A stretch of DNA of 64,000 nt from Octopus sinensis (taxonomy: Eukaryota): assembly GCF_006345805.1 (NCBI RefSeq), contig NC_043003.1:115010001-115074000 (forward strand), in the 5' to 3' direction. The notes below the pieces were generated by a model. That model did no database searches and was not told where the DNA came from. It saw only the letters and a program-made list of their open reading frames with translations. The first letter of the stretch is position 1. Each line of letters starts with the position of its first letter. Positions 1 through 16,110 of this stretch are shown here, piece after piece. The translations under genes and the position numbers were made by a program.

Positions 1-943
1 ATATTCAACTTTAAATAGGATTCATGCATAAATTCTTCTTTTAAGTATCGTGTCGGTTATTTTAGAAAAAAAAACTACTGTTGTTAATCTCACTTAAAAG
101 ATCTAAATAAAAGGATGAAAAACTTAAAACTGCGTCAAAATTGATTCAAAATTGATTCAGAAGAGAAAAAGTTAGCAATGAAAAACTGTTGAAATTTTAG
201 GGTTAGTGCTAATTAATTTTGTGACATTGAAAGCGTTGTAAACAAAATTAAATAAAAGTATATGTTGCTAACCCCTGGCAGTGTGTGAATCACGAAATTG
301 TATTCCAATTCCAAATGTTTTGATGTTTTTGTACGTATAAATAAATCAATTTAAAATATTTTTTAATACGGCTTCAGTTAATGATTTCTATTTCGTATTT
401 CTAATTTTTGTTTTATACTTGTTTTCTTTTAACTTCGTATACAATGTATATTTTCTATACAGGAAAGAGACAAATTATAATTTTTTATCCAATTTATAAA
501 ACTTTGATCAACCTATGATATTTATGAAAATAATTCTCTTCAAAAGAATCATTATATAAATTGATAACAACTATTTGTGTTAAAAAATATTGCACACAAT
601 ATTCAAAATATCAAAGACCCATTTCGATTAATAATTTTTGTTAATTGGTTATATTTTTAGTTTGAACTCTAATGGTGAAAAGGACAAATGCCAAATGGAT
701 TGCAATTCAACAGAAAATTAGTATTTTCCTGATTTTGAATGCGTTCTCTGTATTTGAAAGTTAAAATCATTGTTATTAGAAACAAATAATGTATATCAAT
801 TTATTTTATATGCAATTTTATAATTCATAAGATGCATTTTTAATTTATTTTGCCTTAAACAGAGATGAATTTGAGCACAGCTTACAATTAATAGTCTTTG
901 TTTTGAAGCGAGGTAAAAATTCTTTTGGTTTCTACGTCTATAG

Positions 944-1309
944 ATATTGGTAATGCTTTTCAGAAATTTGGAACTTTTGTTTTGTGAAATTTACGAAAAG
1001 AATGAGGAACTGAGAAAAGAATACAGTAGTTTTATGTAGGTTAATTGCTTTCATAGGGGCAAGATTAGGTTACAGGGGTTGGCTATATGTCAATATTTGA
1101 TCATTACTGTCCAATCCTGTGAATATTTGGTATTATAATTTTGAATTAATTTTCAAATATCATCAAAGTGATACAGATCCTATTCTGAGTTCCTGAAAGG
1201 AATGGAAGAAAAAGTCCACCATTTTGTGACAACTGTGAAACAGCTTAGGTCCGATGATTCTCGTTTGAAGGCGACGCTACTACAGAACTTAGAAAATAAG
1301 TTTGAGATT
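944..1309 (+). CDS. Candidate pair of spliced exons (944-1035, 1177-1309) of an unidentified gene or pseudogene
   Basis: AG/GT boundaries (tatag|, at|gtaggt, tacag|, att|gtaatt) join in frame to give ILVMLFRNLELLFCEIYEKNEELRKEYSSFISYSEFLKGMEEKVHHFVTTVKQLRSDDSRLKATLLQNLENKFEI. No family recognised; the acceptors are weak. Confidence 0.3.
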
Positions 1310-2114
1310 GTAATTTTCATTGTAATTTCAAAACGTTAAATTAGTTGTGCAGCCAGAACGCAAGGAAGGCTATCTCGATCTAACATATATTTTCTTGCAA
1401 TGTTTTGTAACCGAAGTAATGGCTATCAGTTATATGACACCGAGACAAATGTGAAACTCTCAAAAGACAGCCAAATTGCTTTAAGCTGATTAATTTTTTT
1501 AAAAATTAACTTTATAACAATGTATTGCCTCTCCAATGCAGTGATACCATCCACCCAAAGATAGCGAATATTTTTCATATAGAACACATTTTTTTTTATA
1601 TAATACTAAAATAATTATCTATTCTATCAATACCAATTATCCATAAACTCAACTGAGAAAAACTATTCAAAATTCATGAAAATATGCTAAAATTTGGTTA
1701 ATTAATAATAGATTAATATTTTAGTTTGTTTCTTACCATACGTCAACCGACATTCAGGAATACTAAAATATGTGCTCCTTTAGAGAAGAACGACAAAATT
1801 GCAATTGAGCTGGCCTGGTCATTAGTATCCTATTGCTTCAGAAATACGAGAAGAAAGTGATAGTAGACTTTGGGTTGTGAAAATTCCTCACGCGAGTTTA
1901 AAAATGAATGTTCATCTTCATTAGAGACTTAGGATCCAGAGTCGTTGGCCATGAGACTCCAGAAATCCAACATTCTTGGGCTGTTGGTATCAGAAGACTC
2001 TCTGTTTCTCAATAACTAAGACTTCTATAAAGTTTGACTTATGGAACTCCTTTCCTCCAGAAAATTATAATCAAATATAAATACATTCTCAACATGATTT
2101 CCAGATTGAAAGGA

Positions 2115-2780
2115 AAATGACAACACTTTTCAAAAGAAGATTTGTATTTTCTAGCTCCGAGCTGCGAAAACTAATAAGGAGCGTTCAGGAGGCGGTCGAA
2201 AAAGCCAGCTTCTATATATGGCTGAAGCGGGAAGACCGAAAATGGCTTGAAAGTCATAACATGCCGGCAGGAAATAACATCATTGGGTGAGAAAAGCTGA
2301 CACTGAATCAGCTTCGCTGACTGACAGGTGACGGTCGTTTAGAGAATGCGTGGGCTAATACAATTTGCCTTCACTCGTCAGTTAAGGTGAGACAGTGTCA
2401 CATGACAACATGCTGGGGCTGCCTGCTGGAGCCTATGTGGCAGGTATTTAATGGGAAAAATTTGACAAGTCAGTCAGTCACCGGCTGACACTCGCTGACG
2501 ATACATCGAAGAGGCCAGGGAATAGAAGAAAGAAGAAGAAAGAAGACGTGGTCCCAACACCAGAGCTGAAGACACCTCCGAAAGGGGGGGCCCGCCACGT
2601 CAAAACGGTAGAGGAGTAGGGGCCGAAACCGGACTTGGTTCCTCCTGATGATGTCTTGAGCTAACTGGATCCTATAAAGGAGCTGTTGTGGTAGCAGACC
2701 TCGAAACACGGTTGTAATTCCCCCACTAGTTTGTCTTGGAATTTTTTTCCTAAGTTTTCCACTCAAGCCGCCAAGAAATT
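2115..2780 (+). mobile_element. HERO-like (RLE-type non-LTR retrotransposon) 3' fragment
   Basis: Frame MTTLFKRRFVFSSSELRKLIRSVQEAVEKASFYIWLKREDRKW matches the HERO C-terminal pattern (AE.AS.(W/F)IW.KR...W), followed by a GC-richer putative 3' UTR. Confidence 0.55.
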
Positions 2781-4227
2781 TATGTACTGCAAATAAAAAC
2801 TATAATTCTAGCGGAATCTGCTTAAGTTTCTAATTTTTCATGTCCAGTGAATCCTCACTCATTTGCTGATATTCCACTATATTTGGGACAAAATGAAAAA
2901 TATATAAAATCCAAAAGATTTATTTTCACACAGTATTACTTATAAGAAAAATTATATTTTAAAAAGAGATAGAAAAATAGGTTATTTATAAATGCTTCAC
3001 AATCGAGAACATTCTAATAAATCAAAAGAACCTGAAAGGAAGGGCGCCAGTATTAAAATGTCACACAAATATGACTGGATAAGTTTGGGGCGAAAATGGG
3101 TTTCAACAACGTCGCAGTCTGAAGGACAAACATAAATGGCCAGAGCACAACTCGAAACTTCATAGAGATGAAGCAAAAGATGTTCTTGACGCAACCATGA
3201 TAAACGAAGCATTTGATAGCTAGTCTTGAGCATAACGCAAGTCACCTCATAGATCAAGCTCTAGGTTCACGTGAATCGCCATGACAAACCAAACAATTGA
3301 TGATCGACTTAGTGATGCTTTAATTGCTAACAGAAACTTGTAATTTGTGCTTGGCCCCTCCCTTGTCTGGTCGTACACAGTCCATACCGCATCTAAGTTT
3401 TATGATTAGGTTAGAACTGGGAGACAAACAAGCAGAATTATATCACTAAATAGCTTCGGAATAATTTTTAAAGATAACAAATTATCAAAATTAAAATGAG
3501 CATTTATAAAAATGTTAATATGTTTCAATATGAAATTCCTTTCTGTTGCATTTATATTCAAATACAAATTAGAATATTCAAAATCATTTAAATAACAATA
3601 AGAAAAGATTTTCATATGTGATATATTTTTACCTCCCAAATCCATTAATTTACAAAATTTTAATATATTTGATTAATATTTCCTAATATAATTCAAAGTT
3701 TTGCAATTGAGATCAAGCAGTCTTATTTATTACTTGCTTTATTAAATATTTGTGTCGATTAATATTTACTCTTTGGTACGAAATTTAACGCAAAATAATT
3801 CTTGGCCTCAGATTTAAAAAGTAAATTCTATTCGGAAGAAGACATCGAAGACCATTTATTTCATGAATTTAAAGCTGTGTATTTAGCAGTCTGTCTATGC
3901 ATATTGTTATTCTCCAAAGAAATAGAAATTTTATTAAATTTGAATAGAAATTGCTTTTTACGCATAAAATGGCGCCTAAATCTACGTTAAGAATCTAATT
4001 GAGATAGTAAGAAACTGACTTTCTGAAACTAAAATTCGTACACTACATGTAATGTGTAACATCTATATATCAACAAAATATTGGAGAATATGAAAGATTC
4101 TAGCTTTTGTACCGCTTTCCTAAACAAAACACATCCAGCACATACCTAGGTAAAACTAAAACCGAAGATGCAACTGCAATCAATATTTGGAAGCAGCGCA
4201 AAGCTAACTTTTACTCTATACTTTTTG

Positions 4228-4633
4228 TTTATTTACTGTCCACAAGAGGCTACTCACCGAGGGAACAAACAAGGGACAGACAAACGGATGAAGTCGATTA
4301 TATCGACCTCAGTGCCTAACTAGTACTTATTTAATCGATCCCGTAAGGATGAAAGGCAAAGTCGACCTCGGCGGAATTTGAACTCAGAACGTAACTGCAG
4401 ACGAAATACCTATTTCTTTATTACTCACAAGGGGCTAAACATAGAGGGGACAAACAAGGACAGACATAGGTATTAAGTCGATTACATCGACCCCAGTGCG
4501 TAACAGGTACTTAATTTATCGACCCCGAAAGGATGAAAGGCAAAGTCGACCTCGACGGAATTTGAACTCAGAACGTAGCGGCAGACGAAATACCACTAAG
4601 CATTTCGCCCGGTGTGCTAACGTTTCTGCCAGC
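4228..4633 (-). mobile_element. Two tandem copies of SINE family C (tRNA-like head, GGGGTCGATAAATTAAGTACC central motif, Meta-domain-like)
   Basis: Reverse complement of the 35422-35652 copy; the motif gatgaaaggcaaagtcgacctcg..ggaatttgaactcagaacgta occurs twice (about 4350 and 4535). Confidence 0.85.
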
Positions 4634-4932
4634 ACTGGTGACACTACTTTGTTCGTCAAAATTTCCTTATTGGCAATCCTCAAATTGGGAAGCAATGGCT
4701 TAATGATCTTTCTTCAAAAGTACCAACTGTGACGGATGTTTCTGTATTAAAATCCACACATATACATTATTTGAAAAAGGTTAAATATTATTTCTTTTTC
4801 AATAACAGGGTTGTGACGGCTAAAGACGAATAGAAGATTTGCAAATCTGACATTTAGTTTCATAAATTTTATTTACACAATTGAATGACGTATTTTACCT
4901 TAGAGATCTTTGTAGGTATAATTACTCTTTTA

Positions 4933-5122
4933 ATTGTTTTAGTCATTTGACTGTGGCCATGCTGGAGCACCGCATTTAGTCGAGCAAATCGACCCCATGA
5001 TTTATTCTTTGTAAGCCTAGTACTTATTCTATCGGTTTCTTTTGCCGAACCGCTAAGTTACGGTGACGTAAACACACCAGCATCGGTTGTCAAGTGATGT
5101 TGGGGAGACAAACACAGACACA

Positions 5123-5208
<86 letters not shown>

Positions 5209-5399
5209 GCATATATATAGAGAGAGACATATATACAACGGGCTTCTTTCAGTTTCTGTCTACCAAATCCACTCGCAAGGCTTTGGTCGGCCCGAGGCTA
5301 CAGTAGAAGACACTTGCCCAAGGTGCCACGCAGTGGGACTGAACCCGGAACCATATGGCTGGTAAACAAGCTACTTACCAAACAGTCACTCTTACGCCT
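4933..5399 (-). mobile_element. SINE family B (tRNA-like head, internal CA/TA microsatellite, CR1-like 3' tail)
   Basis: Near-identical to copies at 40131, 47764, 48515 and 49046; shared motifs cagtgggactgaacccggaacc and gtcatttgactg.ggccatgctggagcaccg. Confidence 0.9.
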
Positions 5400-6188
5400 A
5401 AAAAACAAAATTAATCGAAAAATAATAAATAGTACTACAAATATACTGCTTTGGATCATCAAATATGGCTTGCTTTACCAATCCTGAGTAGATATTTTGT
5501 CGTTACATTTACTTACCCAAGCAATTTTCATTATAACATTTAAAAATTAAGCATGTGTCAAATAACTCAGATAATAAGCAGCTGCATTAAATAGATTCTT
5601 CGTAAATGGCAATGATGCAAGCAAAAAGAGGGAATTACGAAAACCTAGGCGCCTCATTTGTGCAGGAACATTTCCAAAGGTTCATCATATCTCCAATTTT
5701 TTCTTTGGTGTTCTGATCATGTTTAACCAAAATGTTAAATGAAGCTTGAAACAATTGGCTGTTGTTGAATAATCCAACACAGTGTGCAATTTAATAACTT
5801 ACGTTCAAAGTTTCAAATAATTGGGATTCCTGCGATAGAAAATACCAAATTTTGGCGGGTGAATTTGTAAGACATTTAGTATATATTTAGCTATATGCGC
5901 TCCCATGATTATGATAGAGGGACGGATAGGAATACAATGATGAAGCTAGGTAAAAGGTAAGAAAATTTGCGAAAAGTCAAACACAACTTTTAAAAAACAA
6001 AAGACTCAATACACAAAACTGTAAAACATATACACAGGTAAAAAGCATTCTAAAATGTATTTTATAGAAACGACAAATTAATAATCGAAGTTGAGATGGA
6101 TACAAATGTTAAGGTTGTAAGCATGTATACTGTCAATAAACTAACACTTTTTAGCTGTAACTATCACAGATATTATATTAACTGGTGT

Positions 6189-6547
6189 GGAGGCGCAATG
6201 GCCCAGGGTTTAGGGCAGCGGACTCGCGGTTTCGATTTCCAGACCAGGCATTGTGGGTGTTTATTAAGCGAAAACAGCTAAAGCTCCATGAGTATGAAGC
6301 AGGGGTGGTGGCGAACCCTGCTGTACACTTTGACCACAACTTGCACTCTTTCTTCCTGTTCCCGTTCTATCTGTATTTCAAAGGGCCAGCCTTGTCACAC
6401 ACTGTGATTCGCTAAAATCTCCCCGAGAACTACGTTAAGCGTACACGTGTCTGTGGAGTGCTCAGCCACTTACACGATAATTTTCCCGAGCAGGCTGTTC
6501 CGTTGATCGGATCAACAGGAACCGGCATCGTCGTAACCGACAGAGTA
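6189..6547 (+). mobile_element. SINE family A (tRNA-Arg-like head), tail type 1
   Basis: Head ggcgcaatggccc.g.gg.ttagggcagcggactcgcgg; 3' part matches 25422-25790. Confidence 0.85.
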
Positions 6548-6777
6548 ACACGATTCACTTGTAAAACTAGACCAACCATAAAAAAAAAGCAACAGAAATA
6601 AAAATCATGACTATATCAATATTACCTTCAACTGTACTTGTTCCTAATTGGTTTGTGGCCCAAGGCCGTGTTGCCAGGCCTTCTTTTCATATTTATTTTT
6701 CTCATTCTTTAGATGACTAGTGACATTGTAATCAAGTTCTAGATCTTGCTTTATTATGCCTTTTGTGTGTGTGCCTC

Positions 6778-6965
<188 letters not shown>

Positions 6966-7415
6966 TTACAGCTAAAAAAACTCTCTCTTTTTCTTATGTA
7001 TTCAAAAAGGGACATATTTAATTTGCTTTTTTTTTCTCCTTGTTCCGTTTTATTCCCCATTCAGGTTTTTGCATCCGCCTTCTAGTCTTTTCCCATGATT
7101 TCTCTTACATTAGCGAGCGAGCTGAACTGTAAATAGTATAGGGCAGGAGCACACAGCGGTAATATTTCTTCGAGACACAAGGCTTGATGTTAAGCCTTGA
7201 CGAGACCACAACTCCAATGTATGGAACTATTAGTAGCACGTCATTGTATATTATGAAATTATAATATTTTTCTTACTTGATGGCGAACGATTTTTATTTC
7301 ACCTAAGCGGAAAAGTAAACTATTTTCATATAATATATACACACATGAATGGTACTCACGTGAATATACACTTACATGAATGGCGCTATTCCACGCGTGT
7401 GTATGTATGTATATA

Positions 7416-7787
7416 CTCCGGCAGAAACCAAGGCTGCGATTTAAGGACTGTGTCAAGTCCTCGTGAAAGGCCTTTGATATGCAGGATACTAACTGGTAGA
7501 ACAATGCCTGTCATCGCCACAGATGGAGAAAGCAGGTTAAGGAGGGGATCGACACTTTTGAGAGAGCACGTATCCAGCATGAAGAATTTAAGTGAGCTGC
7601 GCGAAAGTGCACGGCTCGTATAGTGAATGGGGAAAGCTTGGTCTGCAATGTTTGCAGTCGTGTATGCTTGTCAAAGCAGGGCTCATTAGCCACCAACTGA
7701 GCCGCAAATGCAAAATATAAGTTAGTCCTAGAGCGCACAATGTTCCTGAAGGTCGGCAACGGTCTTCCTCGGTCACGAGTGGACGGT

Positions 7788-7793
<6 letters not shown>
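7416..7793 (+). mobile_element. RTE-clade LINE 3' fragment (decayed)
   Basis: Frame RFKDCVKSS*KAFDMQDTNW*NNACHRHRWRKQVKEG...LVCNVCSRVCLSKAG matches the RTE C-terminus plus a terminal C2H2 finger; in-frame stops; ends at a microsatellite. Confidence 0.75.
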
Positions 7794-7824
<31 letters not shown>

Positions 7825-7920
7825 TGGCACTGTTAGTTACGAGCAGATCTTCAGAATCGAGAGGAGGCCGAAAGGGTATGCTCCTACTTTCAGTGTTTTC
7901 AAATCCAAACCAGGGAGTTC

Positions 7921-7974
7921 TGAGCTGATGATAGAAATGTCGAATTTTGACTAATCTTGAAACGTACGTTCTCA
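7921..7974 (+). ncRNA. Type I hammerhead ribozyme motif
   Basis: Stem I TGAG/CTCA; core CTGATGA; imperfect stem II (AGA..GTC/GAC..TCT); GAAA; stem III C-GTAC-G inside the palindrome ACGTACGT; GTT cleavage triplet. Confidence 0.7.
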
Positions 7975-8491
7975 AATAACCTTTGCACTTGATTTTTTAA
8001 TGTCTCTACCCCCATATTTGCGTGAGTTGATTGAGCAAACACTATATGAGAGAGGTTTTCTTTAAGTATTGGAATAGTTTTTAAAAAAGTTTTTTTAGCT
8101 GCTATTTCTAATGAGTTCAGTATGCGGCAAAGCAAAGTAATTATTTTACTAAGCCATTTTTATATAATTGTAATAATTTGAATTCGCCTTAAATGGTCCC
8201 TTTGCAACTTGAAATACTTGGTGGAAATTGATTAATTAATTAATTTTACCCTCACTGTTGTGAAATGATAATTCATCTCATCTATATATAATGCCGCGGA
8301 TTTTACCGAAAAAAGCATGGGGTTTAGATTAACCCACGCTGGTGGAAAGGGGAGAGCAGAAATCTTCCCTTGCATTTTGAGTCCTGTTGGCACTGTTAGT
8401 TACGAGCAGATCTTGAAGCGAAGAACGAGGGAGCCGACGAAAGGGTATGCTCCTACTTTCAGTGTTTTCAAATCCAAAAACCAGGGAGTTC

Positions 8492-8547
8492 TGAGCTGAT
8501 GATGATAGAAATGTCGAATTTTGACTAATCTTGAAAGTACGTTCTCA
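8492..8547 (+). ncRNA. Type I hammerhead motif, second copy with indels
   Basis: Same as 7921 but with an extra TGA after the core and no C after GAAA (real decay or assembly indels). Confidence 0.55.
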
Positions 8548-8758
8548 AATAACCTTTGCACTTGATTTTTTAATGTCTCTACCCCCATATTTGCGTGAGT
8601 TGAATTGAGCAAACACTATATGAGAGAGGTTTTCTTTAAGTATTGGAAATAGTTTTAAAAAAGTTTTTTTAGCTGCTATTTCTAATGAGTTCAGTATGCG
8701 GCAAAGTAATTTATTTACTAAAGCCCTTTTATATAATTTATATATATATATATATAGA

Positions 8759-8795
<37 letters not shown>

Positions 8796-9341
8796 ATATA
8801 GATAAATAGATAGATAGATAGATAGATACAATACATACATACATAAATACATACCTTCGTAATTTAAGCGAAATATATAAAAAAAATTTAACGATTAGCG
8901 CGGATTTGAAACAAAAATTTTGTGACTGATTAGAAGTGAAATACGCTACAACGTCCAATGTGAAGAATGAAAGTTTCGTATTTTCATTTTATGAAGACTC
9001 ATCAAAAATAATCGGGTTACTTTTTCACATGAAGTATTTTGAATTGTGTTGAAAGCCGCTGGCGTATCCTATTGTTCAAAAAATATCTATCTATCTGTTG
9101 TCGCTAATGTTTGTTATATCCTTAAACTTTCCTTACTTAAAACTTCCTTGAGAGAAGAAATATTAAAATTGTATCTTAGAAGAGAATCTCCCAGTTGTGG
9201 TCTTGAATTTCCGTCGCATACAATTGTTTGCATGTGTATACAAACATCAGTGTATTTGTGTGTGTGTCACTGCATGTGGAAGTGTGTGCTATAGAAGTTA
9301 TTCATTATTGTAATTGGGCTGAACTCCGCTTTTATATAATG

Positions 9342-12320
<2,979 letters not shown>

Positions 12321-12840
12321 GACACATATGTATGAAAACTAGACGCTCCGAACCCGGATACAAACCAACTTAATTCGTCTAAACTAATTACATATTCAAT
12401 AAGAATACAGTATGATATGTTAAATTTATTCGATTCTGCTCCTCGCTTAGCAGTGGATGCGAAACTGATTTCCTCTTTTTTTATTTTCGTAATCTTTTTT
12501 TTTTCTTTATCTCTCAGCAAATTCCTTTTGATCTTCCTTCTATGAATCTATGTTCTCAAACTTAGTTTTATGATGTCTTCAGTTGTTTGATTCTGACGAC
12601 AACTCACTCTTCTTTCTTCTCGTCTTTTTTCTTCTTTATGGTTTCCATACTTACCTCTCTCCTAATCTCTCTCCTTTACTTTTACACATATATTCTTTCT
12701 TTCCTTCTCGCTCTATATATATGTATGTAAGATACGTATATATGTTCGTGTGTACGTGCGCGTACGTATTTATGTATGTATATGTTTTTAACTATATTTC
12801 TATTTGTGTGTGTGTCTATCCGTGTGTGTGTGTTTGTGTA

Positions 12841-13085
12841 GGCGCATGGCTTATTGATTAAGGCTTAATGATTAATGATTAAGATGATTCAAAGATTTAG
12901 GTTTCGATTCCTTGTCCAGGCGACGTGTTGTGCTCTTGAGCAAAACCTTCGTTTCTCGTTGCTCCAGTGCCCTCAGCTGGTAAAAAAGATTAATCCTGTG
13001 AGGGGCTGTCTTCCCATGTAGTGGGGAATATGTGCCACACAAAATCTGGAAACCGGTCTTAAGAGCCTCATTGCTCAAGCAGGAA
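12841..13085 (+). mobile_element. Degenerate tRNA-derived SINE
   Basis: ggcgcatggct...ggtttcgattcc head, tgtgctcttgagcaa core, and a ctggaaaccgg tail similar to the 41541 copy. Confidence 0.5.
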
Positions 13086-13095
13086 GTTTCATTAT

Positions 13096-13209
13096 TATGG
13101 TCGGTCATAGCGTGACCATTGGTTTCGCACCCATAAAGCGCTTAACAGACTCAATTTTGCTATGCGCTTGATAGATGAGAAACCAGTGGTCACTTTATGA
13201 CCGACCGTA
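13096..13209. repeat. Small imperfect inverted repeat (MITE-like hairpin, ~31-bp arms)
   Basis: tatggtcggtcatagcgtgaccattggtttc pairs with gaaaccagtggtcactttatgaccgaccgta. Confidence 0.7.
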
Positions 13210-13623
13210 ACTTTGACTTCCTAATATAGGTTGGTCGCTAGAAAAGCAGGAATTTCGAGAAATGTCGATTTATATTTTCACAAGATCTATTTCAGGTAGA
13301 CCAGAAGCGTCCCAAAACGTGATATCATATTAACACTGGGTAACTCGGTCGAGTTCGGTGACAGAGTTAACCTTTAAGCCAGTCCCCAACTCGGATTTTC
13401 CCTTTTGAAAAGAACAATAATTTCTCTCTGCCAGTCTGATACCTGTTTCCTTGCACAACTTTCTTCCATGATGTGGGGTTCACTCAGAAAGAAATGATCT
13501 CAATATTTATTATGATTCCATAAAAAAGCAACCAATCAGAAACTACCTCTCACTCAGTTTATCGATGATCTAGTTAATGACTGTTAGATTTGCCCTCAAA
13601 TTTTCCACTTTTCTGGCGACCAC

Positions 13624-13695
<72 letters not shown>

Positions 13696-14449
13696 AGATA
13701 TGGCTGCATATCTTATGTATATCAAGAGTAACATATTTCTTTTCGGTAAAGAACTGAAAGGACGTGAAGTTTTATTCTTCCGGATATAGGAAATAGTCCC
13801 TCGTACTGAAAGATTATTGATTGAAGTAAATAACTGGGACGAAATCATTTAAAAAATATTGACGAATCTGGGTTTCTGTCGGGTTGGATAATTGTTTATT
13901 TATGTTAGCTGGAAATTGAGAGCAATATTCGGAAACTTCTTTGTTTTTTAAACCTGGCAGTTGTAAGCAAAAGTTGCTGCACTGTTCTGTATTTAGCCAC
14001 CTGTTACTTACGTGCCCGTCCAAAATATGAACATCTGGAGGTGTTAGGACACGTCCATTTGAAAAGGTATCAGAGAACCGACTAGAATTTCGAAGAACGG
14101 GAAAGCGTGCGTATAGTTCCAGATCTGGAGGATTATGATAATTTTTGGTGACTATCATATTAACATTGCAAATGGCTTACTTAAATCTTTTTCTTTATAC
14201 ATGAGTGAAAAGAAAGATCTGAGTTGGGGTAGGTGATAGATTTACAATCTAAATAGCACATATAGATATGAAATTAATATATATAATAACTAATACACAT
14301 TATTGAGAAAGTATATCATCACTTTATTTCATAGTTGATGGCTAAATGAAAAAATATATATTGAAAGCAAAATTACTGATTTTACATAATGGAAATCCAC
14401 ACACGCGCACACTTATATCCGCACATTAATCTGATGTCTCTCACAAACA

Positions 14450-14493
<44 letters not shown>

Positions 14494-14500
14494 ACACACA

Positions 14501-14573
<73 letters not shown>

Positions 14574-14991
14574 AAACACGCATTTCCACAAAAGCACACC
14601 GACAAGACATTCGTACTTGTTCATACGGTGAACTTATGCTTTAAGAACATAGATTTCCGGATTTCAAAAAGAAAGAAAATGAAGCTAAAAATGTAAAAGT
14701 AAGTAAATGCTTATATGTTGACTATAAACATCATTATTATAGATTTCTGTCGATATTTCTTAGCAGCATGATGTAGTTATGTTACGAATGTAGCATCATT
14801 GAAAATGAAACATTCGTCATAGGAAAGAAAAATACATGGAAATTTAATTGCAAATTGGCAATTCAGCTGAAATGTCTCCTTTGAAAATATTCAATTAATA
14901 ATTTTGATTACATGCATACATATATACGCACATGCTCACACAGACACACACACACACACAGGCGGGAGCGCACATACACATATACACACAC

Positions 14992-15280
14992 ATTCGATTG
15001 CCGGACCAGGCTGTGTGTTGCGTTCTTGTACAAGACACATTATTTCGCATTGCACCAGTTCACACAGGTTGTAGAATTGAGTTGCAACATCGTCGCTGGT
15101 GCCGATCAGAATCGGCCCTCGTTTTTCCCTTGCATAACATAGGTAGTGTAAAGAGGGAGGCTTATATGCATGGGTGACTGTTGGCCTTCCACAAATAACC
15201 CTGCCTGGACTTGTGTCTCAGAGGGGAACATTCTAGGCGCAATCCCATGGTCATTCATGACCGAACGAGGTCTTTACCCT
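14992..15280 (+). mobile_element. 5'-truncated SINE-like repeat
   Basis: Begins at a B-box remnant (ttcgattgcc), then tgcgttcttgtacaagacac...tttcgcattgcaccagt as in the other SINE cores; ends ggtctttacc. Confidence 0.45.
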
Positions 15281-15512
15281 TATATATAACAATTATAAAT
15301 TAGGGTATCTACGAGATACCACCATGCTGAAAATAGCAGCCATGATCTGACTTTAAAACCACATAAGTTGTCCATATGTCAACACGGAGAACAAACAAAG
15401 AGACAAGATGAAGCTAGTAAAAAATTACTGGATAATTCTAGATCCGGGTTTCTGATTTGCACTTATGAATGCTTTGCCACGTCAGTAGAATACACACAGA
15501 AGATAAACATAA

Positions 15513-15561
<49 letters not shown>

Positions 15562-15815
15562 AATACAACATACGAATACTCACATATACGAACGTATACA
15601 TACATATATATGCACGTATGCATCATGGCCAGTTCAAAATGCCCGCCGTTTAATTCCATGTGAGATATGGTCTGAATATCGCCGCAGTAAAAACAGTGAC
15701 GAAATAAATTTAAATTTATATAAACAAGGATAAGATCGTTAATTTAAAAATAAAATAACGATTTTATCAAGTGGTCAGCATGGAAAAAATAACCTTCAAA
15801 AGTAATAATTATTAA

Positions 15816-15945
15816 AATTATAAATTAGGGTATCTACGAGATACCACTATGCTGAAAATAGCAGCCATGATCTGACTTTAAAACCATCATGGTGGTATTT
15901 TAAAACCAGCATGGTGGTATCTCTTAGATACCCTAACTTATAATT
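15816..15945. mobile_element. MITE-like hairpin element; a half copy lies at 15291-15361
   Basis: Inverted arms aattataaattagggtatct..gagataccac.atgctg / cagcatggtggtatctc..agataccctaacttataatt; about 70 bp directly duplicated at 15291. Confidence 0.7.
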
Positions 15946-16088
15946 TTTTGTATGGTTCAGCATACTGAACGCGGATTTATTATTAGAAGGTCGAGGGCCA
16001 AATAGTAAGGTATTGATCGTGAGAGATTCTCTCATACAGACGTAGGGTGCTAAGAGCACAGGCATATATCGTTAGCAGACGAGAACCG

Positions 16089-16110
16089 GTTGCCATGGAC
16101 GCCGGAAATG
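16089..16110. promoter_or_regulatory. Possible RFX X-box half-site plus ETS-like ccggaa in a CpG-retaining patch
   Basis: GTTGCCATGGACGC followed by CCGGAAAT; motif match only. Confidence 0.2.

Larger units (their letters stand above)
7824..8738 (+). mobile_element. Non-coding HHR-bearing element: about 1.6 tandem units of a ~565-575-bp monomer (retrozyme or PLE pLTR-like)
   Basis: Direct repeat 7824-8168 vs 8387-8738; one HHR per unit; flanked on both sides by (AT)n; homologous around its whole length to 44998-45777. Confidence 0.8.

Noticed and set aside
2620-2670. Type II hammerhead in the HERO-like 3' UTR (GAAAC...CTGATGA)
   Set aside because: Only 4 nt lie between the putative cleavage site and CTGATGA, too short for a closed stem I, and stem II is not evident.
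8965-9012. Hammerhead on the minus strand (TTGATGA...GAAAC)
   Set aside because: No stem I pairing, and both stem III and the core are mutated; may be an ancient remnant but cannot be supported.
13814-14158. 114-aa minus-strand ORF as a host gene
   Set aside because: Composition is protein-like but no family is recognised and splice signals are weak; not supportable without a homology search.
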